In this document: positions 9,986-19,462 of the stretch, in pieces
Layout of the letters: every line of letters begins with the position of its first letter
Position numbering within the stretch: the first letter of the stretch is position 1
Source: Escherichia coli
GTDB taxonomy: Bacteria > Pseudomonadota > Gammaproteobacteria > Enterobacterales > Enterobacteriaceae
DNA: 64,000 nt
Reading direction: 5' to 3' (one strand)
NCBI RefSeq assembly: GCF_050920415.1
Contig: NZ_CP169309.1
Position numbers and translations under genes: made by a program
Notes under the pieces: generated by a model
The model's database searches: none
Seen by the model: only the letters and a program-made list of their open reading frames with translations
Told to the model about the DNA's origin: nothing

Positions 9986-11044
9986 ATGAAGAAGAATACC
10001 CGTTTTGCTTTTAACGCTTACCTGCAGCAACTGGCGCGTCTGAACGGTGTGGCAGTTGAGGAACTGTCCAGCAAGTTCACCGTAGAGCCGTCTGTGCAGC
10101 AGACGCTGGAAGACCAGATCCAGCAGTCCGCCGCTTTCCTGACGCTGATTAACGTCACGCCAGTGACTGAGCAGTCCGGTCAGCTGCTTGGATTGGGTGT
10201 TGGCAGCACCATTGCCGGAACCACTGACACCACCGCGAAAGAGCGTGAACCTGTCGATCCGACGCTGATGATCGATGTGGAATACAAATGCGAACAGACC
10301 AACTTTGACACGGTGCTGACCTACGCGAAGCTGGACCTGTGGGCGAAGTTTCAGGATTTCCAGGTGCGTATCCGTGACGCCATCGTGAAACGCCAGGCAC
10401 TGGACCGCATCATGATCGGCTTTAACGGCGTGAAGCGTGCGAAAACCTCCAACCGTAGCGAAAACCCGCTGCTGCAGGATGTGAACAAAGGCTGGCTGCA
10501 GAAAATCCGTGAGGATGCACCGGATCACGTCATGGGCAGCACCACCACGGGCGGTGAAACCACACCGGGTGCGGTGAAAGTCGGGAAAGGTGGCGAATAT
10601 GCCAACCTGGACGCCGTGGTGATGGATGCGGTCAATGAGCTTATCGACGTGGTCTACCAGGACGATGACGATCTGGTGGTGATTTGCGGTCGTGAGCTGC
10701 TGTCTGACAAGTATTTCCCGCTGGTCAACAAAGAGCAGGAAAACAGTGAAAAACTGGCTGCCGATATGATCATCAGTCAGAAACGCATGGGTGGCCTGCA
10801 GGCCGTGCGTGCGCCGTTCTTCCCGCCGAATGCGCTGCTGATCACCCGTCTGGATAACCTGTCCATTTACTGGCAGGAAGACACCCGCCGCCGTTCGGTT
10901 ATCGACAACCCGAAACGTGACCGGATTGAAAATTTTGAATCCGTTAACGAAGCCTATGTGGTTGAGGACTACCGCTGCGCCGCACTGGTGGAAAACATCC
11001 AGATTGGCGACTTCAGCGCCGCCGCAGCAGAAACCGGAGCGTAA
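9986..11044 (+). CDS. major capsid protein (P2 gpN-like)
   Basis: 352 aa, P2 N-like. Confidence 0.9.
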   Translation: MKKNTRFAFNAYLQQLARLNGVAVEELSSKFTVEPSVQQTLEDQIQQSAAFLTLINVTPVTEQSGQLLGLGVGSTIAGTTDTTAKEREPVDPTLMIDVEYKCEQTNFDTVLTYAKLDLWAKFQDFQVRIRDAIVKRQALDRIMIGFNGVKRAKTSNRSENPLLQDVNKGWLQKIREDAPDHVMGSTTTGGETTPGAVKVGKGGEYANLDAVVMDAVNELIDVVYQDDDDLVVICGRELLSDKYFPLVNKEQENSEKLAADMIISQKRMGGLQAVRAPFFPPNALLITRLDNLSIYWQEDTRRRSVIDNPKRDRIENFESVNEAYVVEDYRCAALVENIQIGDFSAAAAETGA

Positions 11045-11047
11045 ACC

Positions 11048-11698
11048 ATGAGCCTGAGTCCCGCACGGCAGCATCGCCTGCGCGTTCAGGCTGAACAGGC
11101 CGCCCGCGAGGGCGGCAGCGTTCGCCACGCGTCGGGCTATGACCTGATGCTGCTGCAACTGGCAGAAGACCGCCGCCGTCTCAAGGGCGTTCAGTCCACG
11201 GTCAAAAAAGCGGAAATCAAGGTGGAGCTGCTGCCGAAATACGCCGCCTGGGCGGAGGGTGTCCTGGCTGCCGGAGGCGCTCAACAGGATGACGTGCTGA
11301 TGTACGTGATGCTGTGGCGCATTGATGCCGAAGATTATGTCGGAGCGCTGGAGATCGGGCGTCATGCCCTGCGTCATGGCTGGGTGATGCCGCTGGGTAA
11401 CCGCAACGTGCAGACCGTGCTGGCAGAGGAAATGGCAGACGCAGCGCAGAGCGCAATGCTTGCCACTACCGGCTTTGATGTCGATCTGCTGCTGCAGACG
11501 CTGGAGCTGACAGACGGTCTGGATATGCCGGACCAGTCACGGGCGCGTCTGCATAAAGCGATTGGCGCTGTCCTGAGTGAAAGTAATCCGGCTTCCGCCC
11601 TTAATCATCTCAACCATGCGTTACAGCTCGATCCCCGCTGTGGCGTGAAAAAAGACAAACAGCAGCTGGAGCGCAGACTGCGCAATGACAGCCGCTGA
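11048..11698 (+). CDS. terminase small (endonuclease) subunit (P2 gpM-like)
   Basis: 216 aa, position after capsid gene. Confidence 0.85.
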   Translation: MSLSPARQHRLRVQAEQAAREGGSVRHASGYDLMLLQLAEDRRRLKGVQSTVKKAEIKVELLPKYAAWAEGVLAAGGAQQDDVLMYVMLWRIDAEDYVGALEIGRHALRHGWVMPLGNRNVQTVLAEEMADAAQSAMLATTGFDVDLLLQTLELTDGLDMPDQSRARLHKAIGAVLSESNPASALNHLNHALQLDPRCGVKKDKQQLERRLRNDSR

Positions 11699-11793
11699 CA
11701 GAACGTGCCCCCGCGCACGGGCGGCACGGGGTGGCGAAAGGCACTGCCACATCAAAACCCCGTCCACCGCCCTTTATTTCAGGAGAAAGCAGC

Positions 11794-12258
11794 ATGAAGT
11801 TTGTTGCGCCAGAACAGGCACCGGAACAGGCGGAAATCATCAGAAATACGCCGTTCTGGCCTGATGTGGACCTGTCGGAGTTTCGCAGTGTCATGCGCAC
11901 TGACGGCACGGTGACGCAGCCGCGTTTAAAGCAGGTTGCGCTGTCGGCAATTTCGGAGGTCAACGCAGAGCTGTATGAGTTTCGCAGACGCCAGCAGATG
12001 CTGGGGTATGCCTCGCTGGCAGAAGTCCCGGCGGAACAACTGGACGGCAAAAGCGAGCGCATTCAGCACTATTTCAACGCGGTTTACTGCTGGGCACGCG
12101 CCATGCTCAACGAACGTTACCAGGACTATGACGCCACGGCATCCGGTGCGAAGCGAGGCGAGGAACTGGCGGAAGCAAGCGGTGATTTATGGCGTGACGC
12201 CCGCTGGGCCATCAGCCGGGTGCAGGATGCGCCGCACTGCACAGTGGAGCTTATCTGA
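11794..12258 (+). CDS. head completion/stabilisation protein (P2 gpL-like)
   Basis: Start set at ATG 11794 (MKFVAPEQ) preceded by aggag RBS; ORF-track start 11731 is probably upstream read-through. Confidence 0.8.
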   Translation: MKFVAPEQAPEQAEIIRNTPFWPDVDLSEFRSVMRTDGTVTQPRLKQVALSAISEVNAELYEFRRRQQMLGYASLAEVPAEQLDGKSERIQHYFNAVYCWARAMLNERYQDYDATASGAKRGEELAEASGDLWRDARWAISRVQDAPHCTVELI

Positions 12259-12461
12259 TGAAAGTGCGTGCGCATCAGTATGACACGGTGGACGCACTTT
12301 GCTGGCGTCATTACGGGCGCACGCAGGGTGTCACGGAGCAGGTACTGAAGGCAAATCCGGGGCTTGCCGAATACGGCCCCTTTTTACCTCACGGGCTGCA
12401 GGTGGAGCTGCCGGACATTCCGACAACCACCACCGTGCAGACCGTCCAGCTATGGGACTGA
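12258..12461 (+). CDS. tail protein X (P2 gpX-like)
   Basis: 67 aa, same size and position as P2 X. Confidence 0.7.
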   Translation: MKVRAHQYDTVDALCWRHYGRTQGVTEQVLKANPGLAEYGPFLPHGLQVELPDIPTTTTVQTVQLWD

Positions 12462-12464
12462 ATT

Positions 12465-12680
12465 ATGACGCTTGAGCGAATCAGCGCCTTTATCACGTAT
12501 TGCATCGCCGTCGTGCTGGCCTGGCTGGGCGATTTGTCCATCAAGGATGCCTCAACGCTGGGCGGCCTGATGATTGGTGTGCTGATGCTGGCTATCAACT
12601 GGTACTACAAACACAAAGCCTACCAGCTTCTGCGCGACGGGCAGATTTCGCGGGAGGACTATGAATCCATCAATCGTTAA
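12465..12680 (+). CDS. holin (small, two predicted TM segments; pinholin-like)
   Basis: 71 aa with two hydrophobic stretches and charged C-terminus; immediately upstream of SAR endolysin. Confidence 0.6.
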   Translation: MTLERISAFITYCIAVVLAWLGDLSIKDASTLGGLMIGVLMLAINWYYKHKAYQLLRDGQISREDYESINR

Positions 12681-13176
12681 ACGCTGCCTTGTCGGAGCCG
12701 TGCTGGCTATTGCTGCCACGCTGCCGGGGTTTCAGCAGCTTCACACCTCCGTGGAGGGGCTGAAACTGATTGCCGATTACGAAGGTTGTCGTCTGCAGCC
12801 GTATCAGTGCAGCGCGGGTGTCTGGACCGACGGCATTGGAAATACGTCGGGCGTCATTCCCGGCAAAACAATCACGGAACGACAGGCAGCAGAAGGGCTT
12901 ATTTCCAACGTGCTGCGTGTGGAGCGGGCGCTGGAAAGGTGTGTGAAGCAACAGCCGCCGCAGAAGGTATATGACGCTACGGTGTCGTTTGCCTTCAACG
13001 TGGGAACGGGCAATGCCTGCAGTTCTACGCTGGTGAAATTGCTCAATCAGCGGCGCTGGGCAGAAGCGTGCCGACAGTTGCCGCGCTGGGTTTATGTGAA
13101 AGGTGTGTTTAATCAGGGGCTGGATAACCGCCGTGCGCGGGAGATGGCCTGGTGCCTTAAAGGAGCTGGATTATGA
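12661..13176 (+). CDS. SAR endolysin (GH24 lysozyme with N-terminal signal-anchor-release domain)
   Basis: N-terminal weakly hydrophobic Ala/Gly-rich segment CLVGAVLAIAATLPGF; E-8aa-C-5aa-T catalytic spacing (YEGCRLQPYQCSAGVWT). Confidence 0.75.
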   Translation: MNPSIVKRCLVGAVLAIAATLPGFQQLHTSVEGLKLIADYEGCRLQPYQCSAGVWTDGIGNTSGVIPGKTITERQAAEGLISNVLRVERALERCVKQQPPQKVYDATVSFAFNVGTGNACSSTLVKLLNQRRWAEACRQLPRWVYVKGVFNQGLDNRRAREMAWCLKGAGL

Positions 13177-13601
13177 CGCGTGCGCTGGCGGTAGTGGCGG
13201 CGCTGGCACTCGTTGCGCTGGGCTGGCAGTCGTGGCGGCTTAACAGCGCCAGCCACACCATCGAAACGCAGCGCGCGGCGCTGAAAAGTAAAGCGCACGA
13301 ACTAACGAAGAAAAATAGCCAGCTGATCAGTCTGTCCATTCTGGCTGAAACCAATAACAGGGAGCAGGCGCGGCTCTATGCCGAAGCAGAACAGACCAGC
13401 GCGCTGCTGAGACAACGACAACACCGGATCGAGGAACTGAAACGTGAGAACGAGGATTTACGCCGCTGGGCTGATACTCCTTTGCCTGCTGACATTATCC
13501 GGCTGCGGGAACGTCCGGCACTCACCGGAGGTGCAGCTTACCGTCAGTGGTTGTCCGCGAGTGACGCCGTGTCGGCTGGAGCAGGCAGCGCCGCGCACTA
13601 A
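13173..13601 (+). CDS. i-spanin (LysB/Rz-like)
   Basis: 142 aa, N-terminal TM, coiled-coil-like; start overlaps endolysin stop (ATGA). Confidence 0.6.
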   Translation: MTRALAVVAALALVALGWQSWRLNSASHTIETQRAALKSKAHELTKKNSQLISLSILAETNNREQARLYAEAEQTSALLRQRQHRIEELKRENEDLRRWADTPLPADIIRLRERPALTGGAAYRQWLSASDAVSAGAGSAAH

Positions 13602-13734
13602 CGGTGATCTGAACGCATTGCTGGATGAAACGGAGGCCGCCTGGGCGGTCTGTGCAGACAAAGTGGACATGATTATTGCGTGTCAGGAGCGAAACAGTGA
13701 ACAAACCACAATCCCTGCGCCACGCCCTCAATAA
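13444..13734 (+). CDS. o-spanin lipoprotein (LysC/Rz1-like), overlapping i-spanin in +1 frame
   Basis: 96 aa with lipobox LTLSGC; begins inside the i-spanin gene. Confidence 0.55.
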   Translation: MRTRIYAAGLILLCLLTLSGCGNVRHSPEVQLTVSGCPRVTPCRLEQAAPRTNGDLNALLDETEAAWAVCADKVDMIIACQERNSEQTTIPAPRPQ

Positions 13735-14128
13735 AGCAGTGCCTTATGTCCGCAATAACCCGGATAAGCTGCATCTGTTTGTGGATAACGGTTCGCTGGT
13801 TGCCACGGGGGCCAGCTCCATGTCATGGGAGTACCGTTATACCCTCAACGTGGTGATTGAGGATTTCAGCGGCGACCAGAATCTGCTGATGGCCCCGGTT
13901 TTGCTGTGGCTGCGTGATAACCAGCCCGATGCCATCAATAATCCGGCGTTACGGGAAAAGTTATTCACCTTTGAGGTGGATATTCTGCGCAACGATGTCT
14001 GTGATATCAGCCTCAACCTGCAACTGACGGAACGTGTGCTGGTCAGCACTGACGGAAGTGTGTCGAGCGTTGAAGCAGTAGCGGAACCCGATGAACCTGA
14101 AGAAATGTGGACGGTGAAACGTGGCTGA
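13697..14128 (+). CDS. tail completion protein R (P2 gpR-like)
   Basis: Similarity to P2 R (NPDKLHLFVDNGS, RYTLNV motifs); GTG start at 13697 after ggagcg RBS. Confidence 0.8.
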   Translation: MNKPQSLRHALNKAVPYVRNNPDKLHLFVDNGSLVATGASSMSWEYRYTLNVVIEDFSGDQNLLMAPVLLWLRDNQPDAINNPALREKLFTFEVDILRNDVCDISLNLQLTERVLVSTDGSVSSVEAVAEPDEPEEMWTVKRG

Positions 14129-14573
14129 ACTGCAGAAGGTGGACGACTGGCTGAGTGCTTTGCTGGCGAATCTGGAACCAGCCGCAAGAAGCCGAATGAT
14201 GCGCCAGCTGGCGCAGGAACTGCGCCGGACACAGCAGCAGAATATCAGGATGCAGCGCAATCCAGATGGCAGCAGTTATGAGCCGCGCAGGGTAACAGCA
14301 CGCAGCAAGAAGGGGCGCATCAAACGTCAGATGTTTGCAAAGCTGCGCACCACAAAATACCTGAGAACTGCCGCCAGCGCGGATTCTGCCAGCGTACAGT
14401 TTGAAGGTAAGGTACAGCGTATTGCCCGTGTTCATCACTACGGTCTGCGCGATCGCGTCAGTCCAAAGGGGGGAGTCATTAAGTATCCATCCCGAAAATT
14501 GCTGGGTTTAAATGAACATACTGAAAATGAAGTAAGAGATTTACTTTTAAAGTATTTATTGATGAAAAATTAG
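14121..14573 (+). CDS. tail completion protein S (P2 gpS-like)
   Basis: 150 aa; last ~30 codons are AT-rich and abut a convergent AT-rich orphan gene. Confidence 0.8.
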   Translation: MAELQKVDDWLSALLANLEPAARSRMMRQLAQELRRTQQQNIRMQRNPDGSSYEPRRVTARSKKGRIKRQMFAKLRTTKYLRTAASADSASVQFEGKVQRIARVHHYGLRDRVSPKGGVIKYPSRKLLGLNEHTENEVRDLLLKYLLMKN

Positions 14574-14578
14574 AATGT

Positions 14579-15109
14579 TTACGCTCTTAATAAACTTAAA
14601 TAACTTTTTATGCTTTGGCAAAAAGGGAAAAGGTCTATTTTAATTTTCCAGTTTTTTTTGTTTTGAACCCCAGAAGCAATAATAGAACCGTCCCAATATT
14701 TTATTCCATTTTTGCCGGTCTTTTTTGTTAACTCAAAACTTAATGCGTGAATAATTTTATTGCAGCATTCGCGTATAGAATCTTTAACATGACCATCTAT
14801 AACAAAAAGTATATTTTCATGTTCTTCAAATGCTTCTTTCTCAGGTGAGTAATCTGGGTTCCACTCATGTTCACTAGTGTCTTGGAGAATTCGTAGTTTT
14901 GTACAAAGGCTAATAAGATTGTTGCTAATGGTATATTCCAACCATCCGTTGTACGATAACTCCTCCATTTCAAATTCAGTTACTATAGAACCATCATATA
15001 CTTTCTGTGTGGAATATATACGCTGTAAATAAAATTCAGATGAACAGCATAATTGCTCAATTATTCTTGCGTGTTCTTCTATAGCGTAATAATCAATTGG
15101 ATGGCTCAT
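14579..15109 (-). CDS. AT-rich orphan gene antisense to the late operon (176 aa, no recognised domain)
   Basis: ORF on minus strand between S and V; aaagg RBS before ATG (MSHPIDYY); markedly AT-rich; ends 5 bp from S stop. Confidence 0.55.
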   Translation of the reverse strand: MSHPIDYYAIEEHARIIEQLCCSSEFYLQRIYSTQKVYDGSIVTEFEMEELSYNGWLEYTISNNLISLCTKLRILQDTSEHEWNPDYSPEKEAFEEHENILFVIDGHVKDSIRECCNKIIHALSFELTKKTGKNGIKYWDGSIIASGVQNKKNWKIKIDLFPFCQSIKSYLSLLRA

Positions 15110-15140
15110 TCTTTTACCTTTCTTTGATTGGAATTGTATT

Positions 15141-15158
15141 TGTGTCATTTACCACACA
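15141..15158 (+). promoter_or_regulatory. Ogr/Delta-type late promoter box (TGT-N12-ACA) upstream of V
   Basis: tgt-gtcatttaccac-aca ~50 bp upstream of V start. Confidence 0.4.
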
Positions 15159-15204
15159 AGGACGTATTGATGCCATAGATTCAAGGTCCGTGCAACCTAA
15201 CCCT

Positions 15205-15783
15205 ATGAACGCACAACTAACCGAAATCATGCGCCTTATCACCAACCTGATCCGCACTGGTGTAGTCACCGAAGTGGACCGGGAAAACTGGCTTTGCCGG
15301 GTTAAAACGGGCGAGCTTGAAACCAACTGGATCAGCTGGCTGACGCTGCGTGCCGGGAATGCCCGCACATGGTGGCGACCATCGGAAGGTGAGCAGGTGG
15401 TGCTGCTGAGTCTGGGCGGCAATCTGGAAACTGCCTTTGCGCTGCCCGCTGTCTATTCGAATCAGTTCGCACCACCGTCGACGTCGGCAGACGCCTGCGT
15501 GACAGAACATCCTGACGGCGGCTGGTTTGAATACGAACCCACTACCGGGCGCTGGTATGTCAGGGGCATCAAATCAATGGTCATTGAGGCCGCTGACAAC
15601 ATCACCATGAAAACCAGTGAGTTTGTACTGGAGGCTGACCGCACGCGCATTAACAGCGAAGTGGTGATCAATGGTGGCGTTACCCAGGGCGGCGGAGCGA
15701 TGAGTTCTAACGGGATCGTGGTTGATGCGCATCAGCATACTGACGTCCTGAAAGGCGGCGACACAACCGGAGGCCCGGTATGA
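15205..15783 (+). CDS. baseplate spike/assembly protein V (P2 gpV-like)
   Basis: Similarity to P2 V; start set at ATG 15205 (MNAQLTEIMRL). Confidence 0.85.
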   Translation: MNAQLTEIMRLITNLIRTGVVTEVDRENWLCRVKTGELETNWISWLTLRAGNARTWWRPSEGEQVVLLSLGGNLETAFALPAVYSNQFAPPSTSADACVTEHPDGGWFEYEPTTGRWYVRGIKSMVIEAADNITMKTSEFVLEADRTRINSEVVINGGVTQGGGAMSSNGIVVDAHQHTDVLKGGDTTGGPV

Positions 15784-16139
15784 CGCTTTATAGCGGGATG
15801 AACAATACCAGCGGTAAAGCCATTACTGATATTGATCATCTGCGCCAGTCGGTGCGGGACATTTTGCTGACGCCGCAGGGTAGCCGCATTGCCCGTCGGG
15901 AATATGGTTCCCTGCTGTCGGCACTGATAGACCAGCCACAAAATCCGGCATTACGCCTGCAGGTCATGTCGGCAGTGTATGTGGCGCTGAGTCGCTGGGA
16001 GCCACGGCTGACGCTGGATTCCATCACCATTAACAGCAATTTTGACGGTTCAATGGTGGTGGAGCTGACCGGGCGGCGTAATAACGGTGTGCCTGTTTCC
16101 CTTTCCGTATCAACAGGAGCAGAGAATGGCAGTGATTGA
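15780..16139 (+). CDS. baseplate protein W (gp25-like)
   Basis: 119 aa, position and size as P2 W. Confidence 0.8.
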   Translation: MTLYSGMNNTSGKAITDIDHLRQSVRDILLTPQGSRIARREYGSLLSALIDQPQNPALRLQVMSAVYVALSRWEPRLTLDSITINSNFDGSMVVELTGRRNNGVPVSLSVSTGAENGSD

Positions 16140-17034
16140 CCTTTCGCAGTTGCCTGCGCCGCAGATTGTGGATGTGCCGGACTTTGAGACGCTGCTTGCC
16201 GAACGCAAGGCAGAATTTGTGGCGCTTCATCCGAAAGATGAGCAGGAAGCAGTGATCCGCACGCTGGAACTGGAATCTGAACCCGTCACCAAATTGTTGC
16301 AGGAGAATGCTTACCGTGAGTTGCTTCTGCGCCAGCGCATTAACGAAGCCGCGCAGGCGGTGATGGTGGCTTATGCCATAGGGGGCGATCTGGACCAGCT
16401 CGCCGCCAACTACAACGTGAAACGCCTGACGGTGACGCCTGCTGATAATGACGCTGTGCCGCCCGTTGCAGCTGTGATGGAAAGCGATGAAGCGTTACGC
16501 CTGCGTGTGCCTGCAGCCTTTGAAGGGCTTTCAGTTGCGGGGCCAACTGCAGCTTATGAATTTCATGCCCGAAGCGCCGACGGTCGGGTGGCGGATGCCA
16601 GTGCAACCAGCCCAGCACCTGCAGAGGTGGTGCTGACTGTCCTTAGCCGCGAAGGCGATGGAACTGCAGAAAAAGACCTGCTGGACGTGGTGAAAAAAGC
16701 TCTGAACAGTGAGAACGTCCGCCCGGTGGCTGACCGTCTTACGGTTCGCAGCGCAGAAATCATCCCGTATCGCGTGGAAGCCACCATTTTTCTCTATCCG
16801 GGACCGGAAGCAGAGCCGGTAATGGCAGCGGCAAAAGCCAGTCTGCAGAAGTACATTGCCAGCCAGACGAGGCTTGGTCGGGATATTCGCCGTAGCGCCA
16901 TCTTTGCTGCTCTGCATGTTGAGGGTGTTCAACGTGTGGAACTGGCTTCTCCGCTGGCGGATGTGGTCCTGAACAAAACACAGGCGGCATCATGTACGCA
17001 GTGGAGCGTAACCAACGGAGGAACGGATGAATAG
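16126..17034 (+). CDS. baseplate wedge protein J (P2 gpJ-like)
   Basis: 302 aa from ATG 16126 (MAVIDLSQLP). Confidence 0.85.
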   Translation: MAVIDLSQLPAPQIVDVPDFETLLAERKAEFVALHPKDEQEAVIRTLELESEPVTKLLQENAYRELLLRQRINEAAQAVMVAYAIGGDLDQLAANYNVKRLTVTPADNDAVPPVAAVMESDEALRLRVPAAFEGLSVAGPTAAYEFHARSADGRVADASATSPAPAEVVLTVLSREGDGTAEKDLLDVVKKALNSENVRPVADRLTVRSAEIIPYRVEATIFLYPGPEAEPVMAAAKASLQKYIASQTRLGRDIRRSAIFAALHVEGVQRVELASPLADVVLNKTQAASCTQWSVTNGGTDE

Positions 17035-17632
17035 TCTGCTGCCACCGGGTTCAACTTCACTGGAGCGCCGACTGGCGCAAACCTGTAGCGGGATTTCTGA
17101 TCTGCAGGTGCCGCTGCGTGACTTGTGGAATCCGGCTACCTGTCCGGTCAGCTTCCTGCCTTATCTCGCCTGGGCGTTCTCTGTGGATCGCTGGGACGAG
17201 GGCTGGACAGAAAGCGTCAAACGCCAGGTAGTGAAGGATGCTTTTTATATTCATCAGCATAAAGGAACTACCAGTGCCGTGCGGCGGGTGGTGGAACCGT
17301 TCGGATTCCTGATCCGCATTATTGAGTGGTGGCAGACCGGAGAAACACCGGGCACGTTTCGCCTGGATATCGGCGTGCAGGACCAGGGCATCACTGAAGA
17401 TACCTATCTGGAACTTGAGCGGCTGATAAGCGATGCCAAACCATGTAGCCGTCACATGATCGGCATGTCCATCAATCTGCAGACCAGCGGTCCGCATTGG
17501 GTGGGGGCCGCCAGCTATCTTGGCGAAGAAATCACGATCTATCCGTATATCAACGAAACAATTATTTCCGGCGGCACCGCGCATGAAGGCGGGGCGGTCC
17601 ATGTTATTGACACAATGAGAGTGAATCCATGA
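17027..17632 (+). CDS. baseplate protein I (P2 gpI-like)
   Basis: 201 aa, overlaps J stop and H start. Confidence 0.8.
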   Translation: MNSLLPPGSTSLERRLAQTCSGISDLQVPLRDLWNPATCPVSFLPYLAWAFSVDRWDEGWTESVKRQVVKDAFYIHQHKGTTSAVRRVVEPFGFLIRIIEWWQTGETPGTFRLDIGVQDQGITEDTYLELERLISDAKPCSRHMIGMSINLQTSGPHWVGAASYLGEEITIYPYINETIISGGTAHEGGAVHVIDTMRVNP

Positions 17633-19026
17633 GCACAAAATTTTATACCCTGCTGACGGATATTGGCGCGGCGAAACTTGCCAGCGCCGCCGCGCTCGGT
17701 GTGCCGCTAAAAATTACCCATATGGCGGTGGGCGATGGCGGCGGAACATTGCCAACGCCGGACGCCAAGCAGACAGCATTGGTAAATGAGAAACGCCGGG
17801 CTGCGCTGAATATGCTCTATATCGACCCGCAGAACAGCAGCCAGATTATTGCTGAACAGGTGATCCCTGAAAACGAGGGCGGTTGGTGGATACGTGAAGT
17901 GGGCCTGTTTGATGAGTCCGGGGCATTGATTGCCGTGGGCAACTGCCCGGAAAGCTATAAGCCGCAACTGGCTGAAGGCAGCGGGCGTACCCAGACCGTG
18001 CGCATGGTGCTGATTACCAGCAGCACGGACAATATCACCCTGAAAATCGACCCTGCCGTAGTGCTGGCAACCCGCAAGTATGTGGATGACAAGGTACTGG
18101 AGCTGAAGGTGTACGTGGATGATCAGATGGCAAAACATCTTGCCGCACCGGACCCGCATTCACAGTATGCACCCAAAGAAAGTCCGACGTTTACCGGGAC
18201 ACCAAAAGCGCCAACTCCAGCGGCAGGGAATAACACCACGCAGGTTGCGACCACCGCGTTTGTTCAGGCGGCACTGACGGCTCTTATTAATGGTGCGCCA
18301 GCCACGCTGGACACGCTGAAAGAAATAGCCGCAGCCATTAACAATGATCCGAATTTCAGTACCACCATTAACAATGCGCTGGCACTGAAAGCGCCGTTGT
18401 CGAGTCCGGCACTCACCGGAACGCCAACAGCCCCCACTGCTGCACAGTCGGTCAACAATACACAGATTGCCACCACGGCTTTTGTGAAATCGGCGATTGC
18501 AGCAATGGTAGGTTCTGCACCTGCGGCACTGGATACACTGAACGAACTGGCGTCGGCGTTGGGGAATGATCCGAACTTTGCCACGACAATGCTTAATGCG
18601 CTGGCAGGTAAACAACCGCTGGACAATACGCTGACTAATTTGAGTGGAAAGGATGTCGCTGGTCTTCTCGCATACCTTGGTTTGGGGGAATTGGCTCTGG
18701 CTGGCGCAACAACCGGCGCTATGTTGGTGAATGGGTATGTAGCAATTCCATTAATTATTTCTGGCGTTCGGAGACCACTTATTATCCAGTGGGGAGTGGG
18801 GCAGTTTGGGGGAAGTCTGGGGGATGATGCGGGATATTTAAACAATTTCCCTTTCGCTTTTCCGTCGGCGTGCTACGTGATGGTTGCCAGCCACGTGGGG
18901 CATACACCTTCGGGTGCCGGAATACTATCTGCTTCCGCAATCACAAAAAGCGGCTTTCGTGGTTTTTCCAGCGTAGTGACTGCCGCAAATCCTGTATCGG
19001 GCTGTTATGTTGCTATAGGAGGGTGA
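17629..19026 (+). CDS. tail fibre protein H; C-terminal 112 codons lie inside an invertible segment
   Basis: 465 aa; conserved N-terminus (MSTKFYTLLTDIGAAK...); internal tandem repeats; recombination site within codons LLAYLGLGE. Confidence 0.85.
   Translation: MSTKFYTLLTDIGAAKLASAAALGVPLKITHMAVGDGGGTLPTPDAKQTALVNEKRRAALNMLYIDPQNSSQIIAEQVIPENEGGWWIREVGLFDESGALIAVGNCPESYKPQLAEGSGRTQTVRMVLITSSTDNITLKIDPAVVLATRKYVDDKVLELKVYVDDQMAKHLAAPDPHSQYAPKESPTFTGTPKAPTPAAGNNTTQVATTAFVQAALTALINGAPATLDTLKEIAAAINNDPNFSTTINNALALKAPLSSPALTGTPTAPTAAQSVNNTQIATTAFVKSAIAAMVGSAPAALDTLNELASALGNDPNFATTMLNALAGKQPLDNTLTNLSGKDVAGLLAYLGLGELALAGATTGAMLVNGYVAIPLIISGVRRPLIIQWGVGQFGGSLGDDAGYLNNFPFAFPSACYVMVASHVGHTPSGAGILSASAITKSGFRGFSSVVTAANPVSGCYVAIGG
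18181..18624 (+). repeat. two tandem ~222 bp (74 aa) repeats within tail fibre gene
   Basis: SPTFTGTPKAP...NDPNFSTT and SPALTGTPTAP...NDPNFATT segments are clearly homologous. Confidence 0.6.
18665..18690. repeat. Hin/Gin-type recombination crossover site (left, inside H)
   Basis: ttctcgcatacc-tt-ggtttgggggaa: imperfect 26 bp palindrome matching hix/gix-like sites; inverted copy at 20480-20505. Confidence 0.55.
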
Positions 19027-19027
19027 T

Positions 19028-19462
19028 GTGTTTTTTAGTCCATCTTTAAATATTTTTGTGAATCCTGCGCTTAAGGATGACTACATCAATGTAAATTCAT
19101 GGCCAGATGATGCTGTTGAAGTTGATGAGCAGGTGTATATTGAGTTTTCCGGATTACCGCCGAAAGGAAAAATCCGTATCGCTGGGGAAAATGGTTTTCC
19201 TGCATGGTCTGAAATTCCACCACCAACGCATGAGGAACAGATTGCCGCAGCCGAATTGAAAAAACAGCAATTGATTAATCAGTCCAACGAATATATGAAT
19301 ACCAAGCAATGGCCTGGTAAAGCGGCTATTGGTCGTCTGAAAGGTGAGGAACTGGCGCAATATAATTTGTGGCTGGATTATCTGGACGCACTGGAACTGG
19401 TTGATACCTCCAGTGCTCCAGATATTGAATGGCCTACGCCTCCGGCAGTTCAGGCCAGATGA
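19028..19462 (+). CDS. tail fibre assembly chaperone (P2 gpG-like), active orientation
   Basis: 144 aa directly after H stop. Confidence 0.8.
   Translation: MFFSPSLNIFVNPALKDDYINVNSWPDDAVEVDEQVYIEFSGLPPKGKIRIAGENGFPAWSEIPPPTHEEQIAAAELKKQQLINQSNEYMNTKQWPGKAAIGRLKGEELAQYNLWLDYLDALELVDTSSAPDIEWPTPPAVQAR

Noticed and set aside
9866-11377. 503-aa minus-strand ORF spanning the scaffold/capsid genes
   Set aside because: Antisense to two conserved capsid genes; Gly/Ala/Val-rich low-complexity translation.
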